Of a DNA stretch of 64,000 nucleotides, positions 40,461 through 53,517 are shown piece by piece. The DNA lies in assembly GCF_001194135.2 (NCBI RefSeq), contig NC_068993.1:63600492-63664491 (forward strand). Direction: 5' to 3'. The stretch's first letter is position 1. Each line of letters opens with the position of its first letter. Source of the DNA: Octopus bimaculoides (taxonomy: Eukaryota). The translations under genes were made by a program, and so were the position numbers. The notes below the pieces were generated by a model. It did no database searches. It was not told the DNA's origin and saw only the letters and a list, made by a program, of their open reading frames with translations.

Positions 40461-42559
40461 TTGTAATGAATAGTTGACAGTCTGATATGTGTGCGTGTGT
40501 ACACACATGCATGCACACACACTCACTCACTCACTCCACAGGGCATAGGTCAGAGCTAGATATGTTTAGTATAGAAAACACACAGTAATGCTCAATTGAA
40601 TTTCTACTTGAACTCTAAATTCTTCACCCAGGACTAGGTCCTTGGTGACAAGAGTTATAATGTAGATATATGAGTATGTGTGTGTGTGTGTGTTTATCAA
40701 TCTATAATAGAAATGTTTAGGGTAAATCCCAGCTGTTTGCTCCTGAAGCACATCTGTTGATCCCATTATTACAATCAATATGTATCCATTATTACTGTTG
40801 TATGTAAATCAAAATACACATTAATACTGAGCATTGTGGAAATATTGCAGAGTTACTAAATTAATAAAACAGGGAAATGGAAATTGCCTGTAATACGTGT
40901 TTCATTTGCTGATAGAAACCACAAAGATTTTACATGTTATATAGACATTTAAGAAATTTCCTTTTAGAGAAATTGTTAGACGGAGAATTTTATTTATAAT
41001 TTTATAATGTTCTTTATAATTTTCTCTGTCTGGCATTTTCTCTAATATAGGAAATTTCTTATGTCTATAAATCTTTGTGATTCCTATTGGAAAAAGAAAC
41101 ACGTGTAATGGAGAATTTCTATTTTCCTCTTTTGTTTATATCTGTGTGTGTATGAGTCATGCCTAACCGTGTTTATCTGCATCACGGCCTTTCTCTCTCT
41201 CTCTGTATATGTGTGTGTCCCTGTGTGGCTATTGTTGAGCCCAGAACTCAGCAGTTATGACATGATTTTCATGACTGCATGTCCATGCTTGCAAATGTTA
41301 TAATTCTTATATTGTTTTCTTCCCATGCTTGGCATGGATGTCGAAAATGATGATACGGAATTCTTGGAGAAAATGCAATCCTATTATTTTAATCCTAGAA
41401 AAGCTATAAGAAAACCTTATTTTCAACTCTGTGTGAATTATGTGATGTATAAAATATTAATGGTAGCCGAGGTCACATCCATACATTCATACTTCATATA
41501 AAGACATCGTCGTACTACCATGCATATGCCCTGGCACTGGGACTGCATGCACATTGACTTACGCAAGCTCATTTATCTTTACACGTAAAAATACGTATAT
41601 TCACACATGCATCAAAATATTCACTCATTCATGTGTATACACTCATTCATGCTTGCACATTCTAATGTGTGCAGACGCACAAGATCCATCATACATGCAT
41701 ATATACTCACATGCATGCTTGTACATACACTAATTCACGCACAGTGTGCACCTACATATGCACATGCAAAACAGGTATGTACATGCACATCTATGCATGC
41801 TCACTCACTGCTACATGCTCAACATTCATTTCCACATGCACTACGCACATTGCCACATGCTCTGCACGCACGCACATTCATTGCACTCACTCATGCCTGC
41901 ACATTACTGACATACATAAGTGTATAGTCGTGCATCAAGACACGTGAAATCACACATTTGCATCAATAGCATGCATTTTGCACCTCCTGCACACACACAC
42001 ATTTACATGTTTGTGTTCTAATTTCATTCACACGCTCTGTCTTAAACGCTCACACACACACACACACCTTCTCACATACACAAAGACTTCCTTTCTCAGA
42101 CATGTTGTCCAATTTCATATCATCATCATCATCATCATCATCATCATCTGGTCTTTTAATAGAGTTCATACTGTTGCAAATATCTAAACCAGACCCCTGC
42201 TTACCTTTGTGCCCATGCTTAATCCTTCTGGTGTTGCCCTTCAGATTTGAGACAGGCTGTCAACTGTAGCAATTTGACGAAACTGGCAGCTACCATTCCT
42301 CCTCCTCCTCTTTCAAGTAACTTTTATAAATAGCAGAAAGACCCCCCNNNNNNNNNNNNNNNNNNNNNNNNNNNNNNNNNNNNNNNNNNNNNNNNNNNNN
42401 NNNNNNNNNNNNNNNNNNNNNNNNNNNNNNNNNNNNNNNNNNNNNNNNNNNNNNNNNNNNNNNNNNNNNNNNNNNNNNNNNNNNNNNNNNNNNNNNNAAT
42501 GTCACTTATGGAATGTGGTGGGTCACATATCTGCCTCTGGTTTTTATTATCAATAATTA

Positions 42560-42658
42560 TATTCAAATTTTGGCACAAGGCCAGCAGTGTAGGAGGAGGG
42601 AGTACGTCGGTTATATTGACCCCCAGTCCTCATCTGGTACTTACTTTATCGACCCTGT
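42560..42658 (-). mobile_element. SINE family A, 3' half
   Basis: CAAATTTTGGCACAAGGCCAGC...GACCCCCAGT...CTGGTACTTACTTTATCGACCC. Confidence 0.72.
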
Positions 42659-42660
42659 AA

Positions 42661-43022
42661 GACATGCTGTGTGATAAGATGCTTGCTTCCCAGCTACATG
42701 GTTCTGGGTTCAGTGCCACTGCGTAGCACCTTGGGCAAGTGTCTTCTGCTGTAGCCTCAGTCTGACCAAAGACTTGAGTGGATTTGGAAGATGGAAACTG
42801 AAAGAAGCCTGTTGTATATATATGTGTCTGTGTTTGTCCTCCATCACCGATTGACAACTGGTGTTGGTGTGTTTATGTCCCCATAATTTAGTAGTTTGGC
42901 AAATGAGACTTATAGAATAAGTACCAGACTTTAACAAAAATACAATAAGCACTGGGCTCTATTCGTTTTTTAAGGTTTTGCCCCAGCATGGCCACAGTCA
43001 AATGACTGAAATGAGTAAAGGA
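42661..43022 (+). mobile_element. SINE family B, full-length copy about 95 nt upstream of exon 2
   Basis: GCTGTGTGATAAGATGCTTGCTTCCC...GGGTTCAGTGCCACTGCG...ACCTTGGGCAAG...CCCCAGCATGGCCACAGTCAAATGACTGAAA. Confidence 0.82.
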
Positions 43023-43115
43023 GAAAAAAACTTCCTTCAGTTTTAATAAAAATGAGAAAAATCTTCTATTTTTTAAATTTTAAAGTGTTTTTATTTTTGT
43101 TTTTTTTACATTTAG

Positions 43116-43285
43116 GACCTTCTCTCTGAGAAAGTTCAACAGATGATGGAATGGAATACCAAGAAAGTTGTATTACGTTTAAATGGTGATAAATTCCGTC
43201 AATATGTCAAAACTGCACCAAGAAATTATTCTGTTATTTTGATGTTAACTGCTTTACAAGCTCAAAGACAGTGTACAGTTTGCAG
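43116..43285 (+). CDS. TUSC3: TUSC3/MAGT1-like exon 2 (thioredoxin-like domain, CxxC)
   Basis: ttttacatttag| [56 protein letters not shown](R) |gtaagt; 170 nt; matches the family motif NGDKF...APRNYS...QRQCxVC. Confidence 0.97.
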
Positions 43286-43628
43286 GTAAGTAAGAGAATG
43301 TGTCTGTGTGCATTTGTGACTTGATTTCTGTCTTGAAATACAAGAATATTTTATATTGGAAATCAGAAATAGAAATTTAAAACAAACATATTATTCAATT
43401 AGCAAATAATTTTATTTGATTGAATATCTTTTTAACGATTCAATTTCTTTAAATTTCATTTTTCTTAAAACCTTATTTTATGAATTGAAGATTTACAAAA
43501 TTTTATCAGTTTGGAATCTTTCAGAAAAAAGCTTACATTTAAATCATTAAAATATTTTCTAAAGTATTATTTCAAGAAGAAAAAATAATAATTAAATTAG
43601 ATTTGAAATCAATATTTTATGTAATTAA

Positions 43629-43846
43629 GGCAGTGAGCTGGCAGAACCGTTAGCATGCCAGGCAAAATGCTGAGAGGTATTTCATCTGTCTGCATGTTCT
43701 GAGTTCAAGTTCTGCTGAGCTCAACTTTACCTTTCATCTCTTTGTGGTCAGTAAATTAAGTACCAGTTGCGTACTGAAGTTGATCTAATCGGCTGGCCCC
43801 CTCCCCCAAAATTTCAGGCCTTGTGCCTAGAGTAGAAAAGAATATT
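43629..43846 (+). mobile_element. SINE family A, full-length copy in intron 2
   Basis: GGCAGTGAGCTGGCAGAACCGTTAGC...GAGTTCAAG (B-box-like)...CCTTTCATC...AAGTACCAGTTG...AAAATTTCAGGCCTTGTGCC. Confidence 0.82.
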
Positions 43847-43870
43847 TTATGTAATTAATTTATTGATAGA

Positions 43871-44077
43871 TTAACCCCTTAGCATTTAAACCTGCCATAT
43901 CCAGCCAAAATATTCCACTTGTGTTCAAACCAGCCAGACCTGGCCTTTTACACCTACTCTACAATGTCTTTCTAAAACTAAACAGTCACATCATATCAAA
44001 ATTTCAAAGTTAGAAGATGGTGCGAATAAATAAGCATTATATATTTGCCAGAGTAATTTGAATGCTAAAGGGGTTGA
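43871..44077. mobile_element. MITE with TTAA-CCC...GGG-TT(G/A)A termini (piggyBac-type ends)
   Basis: Left end TTAA CCCCTTAGCATTTAAA, right end TTTGAATGCTAAAGGGG TTGA: about 16-nt imperfect TIRs, non-coding interior. Confidence 0.7.
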
Positions 44078-44212
44078 TATATAAACGTACACCTAGATTA
44101 TCCTACAACAATTGAGGAATTAACTGGTTGAATGCAATCTGTGTCATAATATCCTGAACACTATGTTATTTACAGAATCACAATGATTATTTTTTTTTAA
44201 TTTATTCTTTAG

Positions 44213-44330
44213 GCATGCAAATGAAGAATTTACCATTCTTGCCAATTCTTGGCGATATTCACAACAATATTCAAATCGACTGTTTTTTGCAATGGTTGAT
44301 TATGATGAAGGATCTGACGTTTTTGCAAAT
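44213..44330 (+). CDS. TUSC3: TUSC3/MAGT1-like exon 3
   Basis: ttctttag| (R)[39 protein letters not shown] |gtaagt; 118 nt; LANSWRYS and FFxMVDYDEG motifs. Confidence 0.97.
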
Positions 44331-44442
44331 GTAAGTTGTAATTTTGTAATAATCTTTATTGAATCCTTTTAATATCATTCCACGTGAAATTATCTTTGGC
44401 TGCCTGCTTTAAAGTGTTCTTATTTAAATTTGAAACCTGTCG

Positions 44443-44639
44443 GGCATGGCTGTGTGGTAAGTAGCTTGCTTCCCAGCCACATGGTTCCGGGTTCAGTCCC
44501 ACTGCGTGGCACCTTGGGCATAAAAACCATGCCGAAGCAGACAATGGAGCCCTGGGATGGCTCCTGGCCTGGTCAGCTTCTGTTCAACCATCCAGCCCAT
44601 GCCAGCATGGAGAACAGAAGTTTGGTGCTGGTGATAAGG

Positions 44640-44640
<1 letters not shown>
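44443..44640 (+). mobile_element. SINE family B head joined directly to an RTE-type 3' tail
   Basis: 44443-44520 is a near-consensus family B head (CCGGGTTCAGTCCC); 44521-44640 is the AAACCATGCC...CCCATGCCAGCATGG RTE tail. Confidence 0.7.
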
Positions 44641-44679
<39 letters not shown>

Positions 44680-47487
44680 CACACACACACATACATATGT
44701 ATATGATGTACATACAGAGAGAGAGAGAGAATGCTAATGTGGTGTGAGGAGTGAATTCCAATGTTGTAAGACAGAATGTTGTAACATTATACACAACAAT
44801 GATTTTCATCATTACTCTCCACCACTTTCCTGCATCCAACAGTCTCCTCAAATTCTAGTGGTTTAACTGCGATGCATCAAGTCAATTATTTGGTTTATAT
44901 GGAGAGATGTGTGTGTGTGGCTGGAAGAGTTTGGGCTGGGTTTTTCTAGTTCTGTTCAGTTCTCCTGTGTTTGTAATGGGTTAACAATTGTTATCAGGTA
45001 CGTAACTCTTTGAGTTGTACTGATATATGTAGGAATTGAGGAGAGTGAGTCACCACAAACTGGTAAAACACTCATCAATTATACTATGCTCCTACAATGG
45101 ATGATGGCCTATTTACTGCTGGGTGTGACTGAAGAGTAGAATGGTGAGGCAGCTTGTGTCCATGGATACTGTGTTGCACTGGAAATAAGATATAATATCA
45201 TTTAGTTACAGCATCTTAGCAACCAGATTCCTTTTGGTTTTAGGTATTTAAAGAAAAAAATTCTTTCTTTGTTTTCAATATTTTTACAGAACTTTATGAA
45301 TTATCAATTAAGATATGTGATTTGGAAAGGTTGGGGGTGAACAAAAAAATGAAACGGCTTTTGTTTTATTGAATTTAAACTCATTATGTTAAAAATTTTG
45401 ATTAATTAGGAAAGAGGGGAAAAAAAAAGTAATTTTCAAATTGCTTTTATGTATTAAAAATAAATAAATTAAAGAAGAAATCAGAAAAAGATGTGGTTTT
45501 GTGTTGTTGTCTGAATGATGCTTAAATTCTGGAAGTTTCTTTCAAATCTGGAATGGTTTTTATATCACTTATTTTGATTATTTAATCCCCAGCGCCATTG
45601 TCTCTGCAGTTTTGCGAAATATCACAGAATGTCAATATTCACATATATAAAATATTTGTTCCTCTCCTTATTCTCTTTATCCTCTTGTTGGACTTCAAAG
45701 GGTTGGACTGGTGTTTCCTGGGGGAGGTTGCTACACTGGAGTGGCAATGACAGACGAAGACAAAGACTTCTGGATATTTACTGATGTCTGCTTTATGGAT
45801 TGTTCTATCAAGTAGCTGGACATTACAACATGAGGTGGTCTGTGTCTTGAGGAAACACAAGGCAAGCTAGGGATATAGGGAATTCACAATGTGCTCATTT
45901 AAGCAGGTTAATTGCTCTTCTGCTTTGGCCAGACCTCAAACTGCACAAATTCCAGTTAGATGATAGAAACTGGACAGTAGTTCACTTGAGCCCCTGACCA
46001 AGTCTCCCACTTCTGGAAGGACCCACCTCCATATTGATCTCTCTGCACTTCCTTAATGTTGATCTTAAAGGTTAAGTTAGCTAAAATCCAATCATGCCGA
46101 ACCAGCTGAAGGAAAGTGGGGAAAACAAAGCTAAGAGTGATCCGAACCTTGGAGAGAGTGGTGAAGTTAATTCCTAGGACGCCAAGTCTGTCATACAACA
46201 CGATACGCAAGTGACAAGAGTGGTGATATTACTATAATATTATAGACCTAGCCAACCCATGCTAGCATGATAAAATACTTTCTCATTCTCACAGACACAT
46301 ACTCTATTTTTTTACTCAGGCAACCATGTGCAGGCTTACCAGCTACACTCACACTTAACTCATCAAGACTTTACTCTCACATTCACACATGCTTGCTCAT
46401 CTACACTCACTCACACACACACACACACTCTCTCTCGCATTCACCCTTACTCACACCCTCTCACTCACATATACTTGCACTCTCTCACTTACGCATGCTG
46501 ACACTCCTGCACTCCCATTCTGTGCCATCCTTTGCCTCTTAGGAATTTCATACTTGTGCACTCACCCATTAGCATTCAAGTATGCTCACTGTCAAGGTTG
46601 AGTCACTCACACACACACACACTACATTCACATCCACTCATGTTCCCAGTTTAAACACTTGCAACTCCACTTGAACTCGCATGCATTCACACAGACGTAT
46701 GCAGTGTGTGTTTAACCATTATCTTAAAGATAAAAAAGCAAGATGTTTAAATTGTGATGATGGTTTTTGACTAGAAGAGTTTGATTTGAAATCCTTCAAT
46801 AGATTATTCCATTATGTCCCATGGGAAGATGCCATGAAATTATCAACTCTCCATGCTTCACTACACCATATTAACTGGCTGACTAGCTGGCTGGTGGTGG
46901 TGGTGCCAACTATTTAAAGATAACACAAACTAACAATTCTAGTCTCCTTCACCTCATAGACAACTCATGTAAATGTCAGTGACATTTTTTTGCATCACAC
47001 CATCCTGACCTATGTTAATATGGTGAAATATCAAAAAACAACAACAACATCCCTGTTACAAAACATCAATAAATAAATAGCTGCTAGATCATTGATTTCT
47101 GACTTGTTATCATAACATGAGATATAATAAAGGCCTTTCTCTGCACTGAAACAATCATCAGCTGTTTTGGGTCCACCTTCCCTTTGCTCTATGGGGTCAG
47201 GTGGAATTCAGCTGGATGCCCTTGCTGTTGTCAACCCTCACTTGTTTCCAAGGAAACTAATATTTCCCTGTGACCAGACATGTTTCCACGAATGATTGAA
47301 AATGAAGGACACCACTTGTATGACAGTGACACTCATTTACGACGACTACATCAAGTCAAGGCAAGGAGACGGTAACAAACACACACATATACACACACAC
47401 AACAGGCTTCTTTCAGTTTCTGTCTACCTCCTCCTCCTCCTCTGCTTAGGGCTCTTCCAAACAAAATGTCCTACTGTATTTGTTCTG

Positions 47488-47620
47488 ATGTTTTACACTC
47501 TGAGTTCAAATGCTGCTGGGGTCTACTTTGCCCTTTCTTCATCTGGGGTCAATAAAATAAAGTACCTGTCAATTTATGGGTATGATATAATTGTGCTGGG
47601 CTTGTGCATAAATTAGAAAC
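47488..47620 (+). mobile_element. SINE family A, partial copy
   Basis: CTGAGTTCAAATGCTGCTGGGGTCTACTTTGCCCTTTC...GGGGTCAATAAAATAAAGTACC. Confidence 0.68.
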
Positions 47621-47948
47621 ATTATTTATTATTAAGCAGTAATTTTGAGAAGGACTGAGAGAACAACGGTGAGAAAAATGTGTTGGGTGAAGCTGTTTGA
47701 TAAGAGGAGGACTGAGGATTTGATGGGAACGCCGGGGTTGGAGGAATAAGTAGAAAGATGTACTGGATAATGTAGCTCCAGATACAATGTGTGCTAAGAA
47801 AAAAAAAAAAAAGATTTGTTGCAGTTGGGATACCTTTCATCATAGATTTTTTTTCATTAGGGCTCACCTGGGCTCAATTAACAATAGCAATAACGATTTA
47901 TATGATTTTTAAATAAATTTTCAACCATATTTTTTTTTTTTTTTGTAG

Positions 47949-48031
47949 TTAAAAATCAACACAGCTCCTGTCTTCATGCATTTTCCACCAAAAGGGAAGC
48001 CAAGGAAAGGAGATACAATGGATATACATCG
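47949..48031 (+). CDS. TUSC3: TUSC3/MAGT1-like exon 4
   Basis: ttttgtag| [27 protein letters not shown](R) |gtatta; 83 nt; [11 protein letters not shown] motif. Confidence 0.96.
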
Positions 48032-50207
48032 GTATTATTGCTACTTTTTATCGTCAAATTGTGTGTGTGTGTGTTCATAGAATGGGAAAAGAGGAAGAGT
48101 GAGAAAAGAGAGATAGAGAGAGTGTGTGAGAGATAACTGAAAGGAAAAAAGGGCAGTTGTTGTTGTTGTTGGTGGTGGTGTAGAGGTCCCAGACTGGTGC
48201 AGTATTGATGCTAAATTTCATTCGTATCAAATCCTACAATCTTAAAAACAGGAAGGATACATTCTATTTGGTAGTTGTGAGAAACACTGTCTGAATAAAA
48301 GTTGAGATGGTCACAGCTGGAATGTCTGCTTGATCAGAGCTAACATGAAGTTAACAACAACAATATCTGTTTATATTTACTGTGCAATTCTTACAAATGA
48401 AGATGATCCTTACCCTACCAGTTTCTGGTGGTTGCGCTTATTGTCATCCATATTTATTTATCACCTTATAAGCCTCACAACAAACCAAACCGAGGAGTCA
48501 CTCAACTGCACCAGTGTTTACCCACTCGCACCCACCACCACCATTCATAAGCTGAAAATAATTGTGTATTGTCGTAATTTTGTGATTAAAAAAAAGGGTT
48601 AAAGAGGGAACTTTGGGTCAACAAGTGAAATATTGTAAATTTGTTTTTCTTTATAATCTTCCTCAGTTGTGTTGATGTTGTTTTGTCCCTGTTTAACTTT
48701 GGCTCAGACAACTTTATATCAAAGATGTTCCAAGCTTCAACTGTCCAATCTTTTTCTTTGGCATTGCATATATCAAATGTAGTCTGCCCATTTTCAAGAT
48801 GGCAATTGTGGATTTGAGGAAGATCTCTCTGCTATTGCCAGTGAACCAGGTGACACACAGAGAGGCTCCTTTGTTGGCTCATCATTTCCAGTATTCTCGT
48901 ATCTGTCTGTCTACATTTACTGAAATCATAAAATAGATTACATTGTGTTATTTCCATTGTTTCTTGTCTGTCAATCAGGACTTAGGTTCACTCTCCGAAC
49001 ATATTTGTGCTGCATCTAACTCAAGGAAGATTCTAACTGGAATCGGAATTGTGGATTTACCTATGTTTGTACATACTGTAATCTAAAACATTGAGATGAG
49101 AATGCCTGGCTGCCAGTTTTGAAGGGTCAATGCTTTGTGTCTCATCCTGAACCAATGACAAAGAAGTCTGTTGAACAGTCATGTACATCCAACTGTAAAT
49201 AGATTCCAGAGGAGGAAACCACTTAACAATGTTGTAAGCAGCAAAGGTGTTTGGTGGACCCTGCGTTATAGTTTATTGTGCTGAATTCAACACATTCGAT
49301 AGGTGTTGATGGCTTGGTGAGGGACAGGCTTTGCCAGGCTGTTTCGCTTTAGTTTACTGGACACGAAGGTCAAGTCTTCACACTTGCTTCATCTCATTCT
49401 CTTGCATTCCCTATTTCTGTTCACTAGTATACTCTCACCACTGTCACCATGCTCCTCCTACAAGAGTTCTCTATTATGCTGACTTTGGTGCTTCATGTTA
49501 CTTGAGATGGTTGCTGGAATTGAAATGGCAGCACTCTCGTATCTGATTAATATCATCCTTCCTTAATTCGAAGATGTTAACTCTTCAGTAAAACGTAATC
49601 CTGATGGGTGATCACTCCACTGGTGCAACAATAAATTTACCTTTCATTCAGACATCACATTTTTTCAAAAGTAAATTAAGGGAGGGGAGGGGAGGGGCAA
49701 TTCCCATCACCTTTGCAGGCCCTTCCAGATTAATGATACTGATGTGGTTGATGTCTAGCTTAAAGACTGATAGACCGTCATTATGTAGCTGTAATATTTT
49801 GCTTGTTATGACATGAGTTTAAGTCTTTCACTTTCAATGTCCTTAATGAAGTGGGACAGTCTTTTGAAATATTGAAACAGGTTTGAGTGGTACCATTCAA
49901 ATAGTCTTAACAATGGAATGGCATTGAATACATAATTAATCCTTGACATAATGAAACAAGAAGAATTTGTCAATTTATGCATCAGAATGGAAAAATATAA
50001 TCTAAAAAACCATGGAATTTCTGCAGGTTTTGCCGCTTTATTATTAATGAAATCGCCATGACTCTGGACAGCCATGTCATTCCTATCTCTAAACATCTCC
50101 ACTCACACTCTTACAGAACACCCCCCTCTGTCCCCCTTGTACTCCACCACTGTTCTCCCTGTAGATGGGCCCCAGTACATCTCCAAATTCCTCTCTCTCT
50201 CTCTCTC

Positions 50208-50239
<32 letters not shown>

Positions 50240-50879
50240 CTGGAGTGGTAGCCAAGTATCTCCTCTATAGTCAGACACATATCCCTGTCCCCCGATTATA
50301 CTCTCTCCCCTGGCACACAACCACTCCCTTTCTCAGCCGAGCTATTTGGTGACCCTGTGCAGGTGCCATGTAAAAAGCACCCAGCACCCTCTGTAAAGTG
50401 GTGGGGAGTCTTGTTAAAATACAATCGCTTGCTTGGTTTTCTGAGGAAACCGTGGAAGGAAATTTCATTTCAGTCGGTTTGCATTCGATGCTCGTAGTTA
50501 CCTCCCTTTCACCTTCGGCTTCTCTTACATGTCTTCCTGACGAGGTTCAACAAGAATAAAAATGTTTTTTAATTTTAGCAGCGAAAAAGAAAAGAAACTT
50601 CAGAATTTGAGGCAGAAGAGAAAGTGTCCTCGGTTAATCAGTTTAGGAAATTCATAATTGATAGAATTGATAGACGAATGGCATTTTGCCATGTTGCTTT
50701 TATAATTTGAGTTAATTTCTTGCAATGTTACACCTTGCTTTTTCATCCTTTAGGGATCATTAAAATACCTGTCGATTAATGGTTTGTTGGAATAGTTTAA
50801 ATTTCCGCCGCCACCACCACCACGTGCTGTATGTATATTAAAATGATTCAATTTGAAACTCAAATTTCCTTTATTCCAG

Positions 50880-50937
50880 AGTTGGATTTGCTGCAGAATT
50901 AATTGCAAGATGGGTTGGTGAGAGAACGGATATTCAG
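50880..50937 (+). CDS. TUSC3: TUSC3/MAGT1-like exon 5
   Basis: tttattccag| (R)VGFAAELIARWVGERTDIQ |gtaact; 58 nt; GFAAE...W..xRTD motif; phases fit exons 4 and 6. Confidence 0.95.
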
Positions 50938-50971
50938 GTAACTTTAATTGTATTAAATATTTTTTATTTAT

Positions 50972-51188
50972 CAAGGCCAGCAGTTTTGCGGGCCGGGGGG
51001 GGGGCGGTTGTTAAGTTGATTACATTGACCACAGTGTCCAACTGGTACCTATTCTATTGACCCTGAAAGAACAAAAGGCAAAGTCACCTTCGGCAGAATT
51101 TGAACTCAAAACATAAAGCTGGATGAGATGCTTCTAAGCATTTTGCTAACGATGTGCTAATGACTCTGCCCAGCTCATTGCCACCTTA
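50972..51188 (-). mobile_element. SINE family A copy in intron 5
   Basis: CAAGGCCAGCAG...CAACTGGTACC...GACCCTGAAAG...GGCAAAGTC...GAATTTGAACTC...CAGCTCATTGCC. Confidence 0.78.
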
Positions 51189-51437
51189 AGCAGATGATGA
51201 TGATGGTGAAACATTAAGTGATCTCAGGATGTTGTGAAACGATTATGAAAGCTTGAGATGAATGGCAATATGTTGCAAGGTGAACTTATCCAACACATGC
51301 TAATATGGAATATTAGATGTTAAAAATCTGATGAATTTTATTTCTTCTTCCTAAACAAATTTGTAACATTTTTGTATAAAGATGACAATTGAATTTTGTG
51401 TTTTTTTTTTTCTTTCTTCTTTTTTCTCCTTTTAAAG

Positions 51438-51578
51438 ATTCGAGTATTCCGTCCACCCAATTACTCTGGAACCTTGGCTGTTGCATTACTTTTCTCTCTT
51501 GTTGGTGGTCTGCTATATTTAAAAAGAAATAACTTAGACTTTTTGTACAACAAAACATCATGGGGATTTGGAGCTATG
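51438..51578 (+). CDS. TUSC3: TUSC3/MAGT1-like exon 6 (first TM segment)
   Basis: cttttaaag| [47 protein letters not shown] |gtgagt; 141 nt; contained in track ORF 51396..51638. Confidence 0.98.
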
Positions 51579-51605
51579 GTGAGTGTTCCAGTTTGTTTGT
51601 GCTAC

Positions 51606-51639
<34 letters not shown>

Positions 51640-51878
51640 AATAAAACACATATGGTATAATTATAAACAGGGCAAATTTTAGCCATTTCTCCACAGACTG
51701 AAAAAATGATGAACAACCTTAATCGATTTTCGACCTTTATTGGTTGCATATCCATATTATCATGTTATTTAACCCATGTTTAGATCATTGTTCTGACACA
51801 GTTGTTAATGTTGTTGGCTGAAAACTGCTCCATTTGTTTTGATATTTTTCCTCTTCTTCTTCTTCTTCTTCTCCTCAG

Positions 51879-51968
51879 ATCATTATATTTGCAATGACAT
51901 CAGGTCAGATGTGGAATCATATCCGAGGACCTCCATTCATGCATAGAAATCCACACACAGGCCAAATG
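51879..51968 (+). CDS. TUSC3: TUSC3/MAGT1-like exon 7
   Basis: ctcctcag| [30 protein letters not shown] |gtaaga; 90 nt; family signature [16 protein letters not shown]. Confidence 0.98.
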
Positions 51969-53478
51969 GTAAGAGTGTTTTCTTTAGATTCAAACCAAAA
52001 CTTGGTTTGTTTCTCTTCTTCTCAATAGTTACTTATTTTCCCAACTTTTACTGGTAATATTTTCCTTCTTTTTTTTTTTCTCAAGAAATGTTTTTAGAAA
52101 TTTACTGCTTTTCTTTTTATATTTGTATTTCTTTGTGCAATGTTTCTACATCTCAAACCCTTGCCCCCTTCAATGTGCCTCCACTTGCCAGAGATTGAAC
52201 TCCTCTCATTAAGACTATAAACTACGAACTGCTTAAACTGACTTTTGCTGTTTGCTGCTTTGTAAGTGTGGAATTTGGAATAGTTCTGTATTAGAAATTT
52301 AATTATTCAAATAATTCACTTCCCTTTCAGCTCTACCAAATTGTTTATACTGATCAAAGATTAAAATCAAAATTAGAAAAACAGAAAGAAAACTTGTAAA
52401 AAGTAATTTTAGAAATGCTTGATATCAAATTGTAGGAGATAACTTTTTTACATTTCAAATTTGTTATTTTCATAATCACATCTTTGTGGTAAGTTGGAAA
52501 TTCTGTGAGGGATCAAATCCTTGATGTAAAACTGAGATATTTGATAGAATCCTAATACACACTAATTTAATATGGTGACCTTCTCTTCATTGTTAGAGTC
52601 AGTGTTTTGGTTCTTATACTCTCTGCCCTTCTTCAGGTGCCTCTTGTATTTGGTAACGTCTTGCAATGGTAAACCAAATCTTTTACTAAGCCCATAGGGA
52701 CAGATTGTTCTCATTTCATTCCATTTCTGGACTGGACTTGGATTATCTCTTCCATGCACTGAACTAGGATAATCTCTTCCTCAGTCAGCCCAACATAAAG
52801 ACTGAGAGATTTTAATTAAATGACAAACAACATGAAGTATGCAACCTTGAACAAATGGTTTTAAGGTACCAGCTTCCATGATCAATTTGTCCTACAGGTG
52901 TGATTATATGTTAATTATGTGTAAGTGTTAAAATTTACCTGGTGGGCATGAGTTCAACCTTGGTTCTGTTGGTGTATATATACTCTGGTTTAACCTGTCT
53001 GTTACTATATTACTGGTGAAATAATCTCTTTAGTTAATTTAAAGAATAATGGTGAGTATTATATTGTAATAACTTTCTCCTTATTAAGCTGTTAATTGGA
53101 AAATAAACTAACATTAAATTTAAATGGGGAATTCTAATTTGGATCACTTTTTAAAATAAAACGTTTGCACCATAAAAGTAGGGGTGGTCTCAGGTGGATT
53201 GGCATTGAAAGGGTTAAGTGGAGCAAATGAGTGACATAACCACTAGGAAAATAATTAATATAAATGTATATGTGGAATGGATAACAGAAAGGAGCAGGCT
53301 GGTTCTCTGGTGTAATTGGTAATACACTTAGTTGCATTAAGAAAGGGCTTTTGTGTCCCACACATACAGGAAAGCCTAGTTCTTTCTGTCGAGGGCTTAT
53401 ATGCCCCATTATTAGACTATTTTCCTTAGTCATTTGCATGGTGATAACGATAAGCTTTAAGCTTATAAAAAAAATACC

Positions 53479-53513
<35 letters not shown>

Positions 53514-53517
<4 letters not shown>

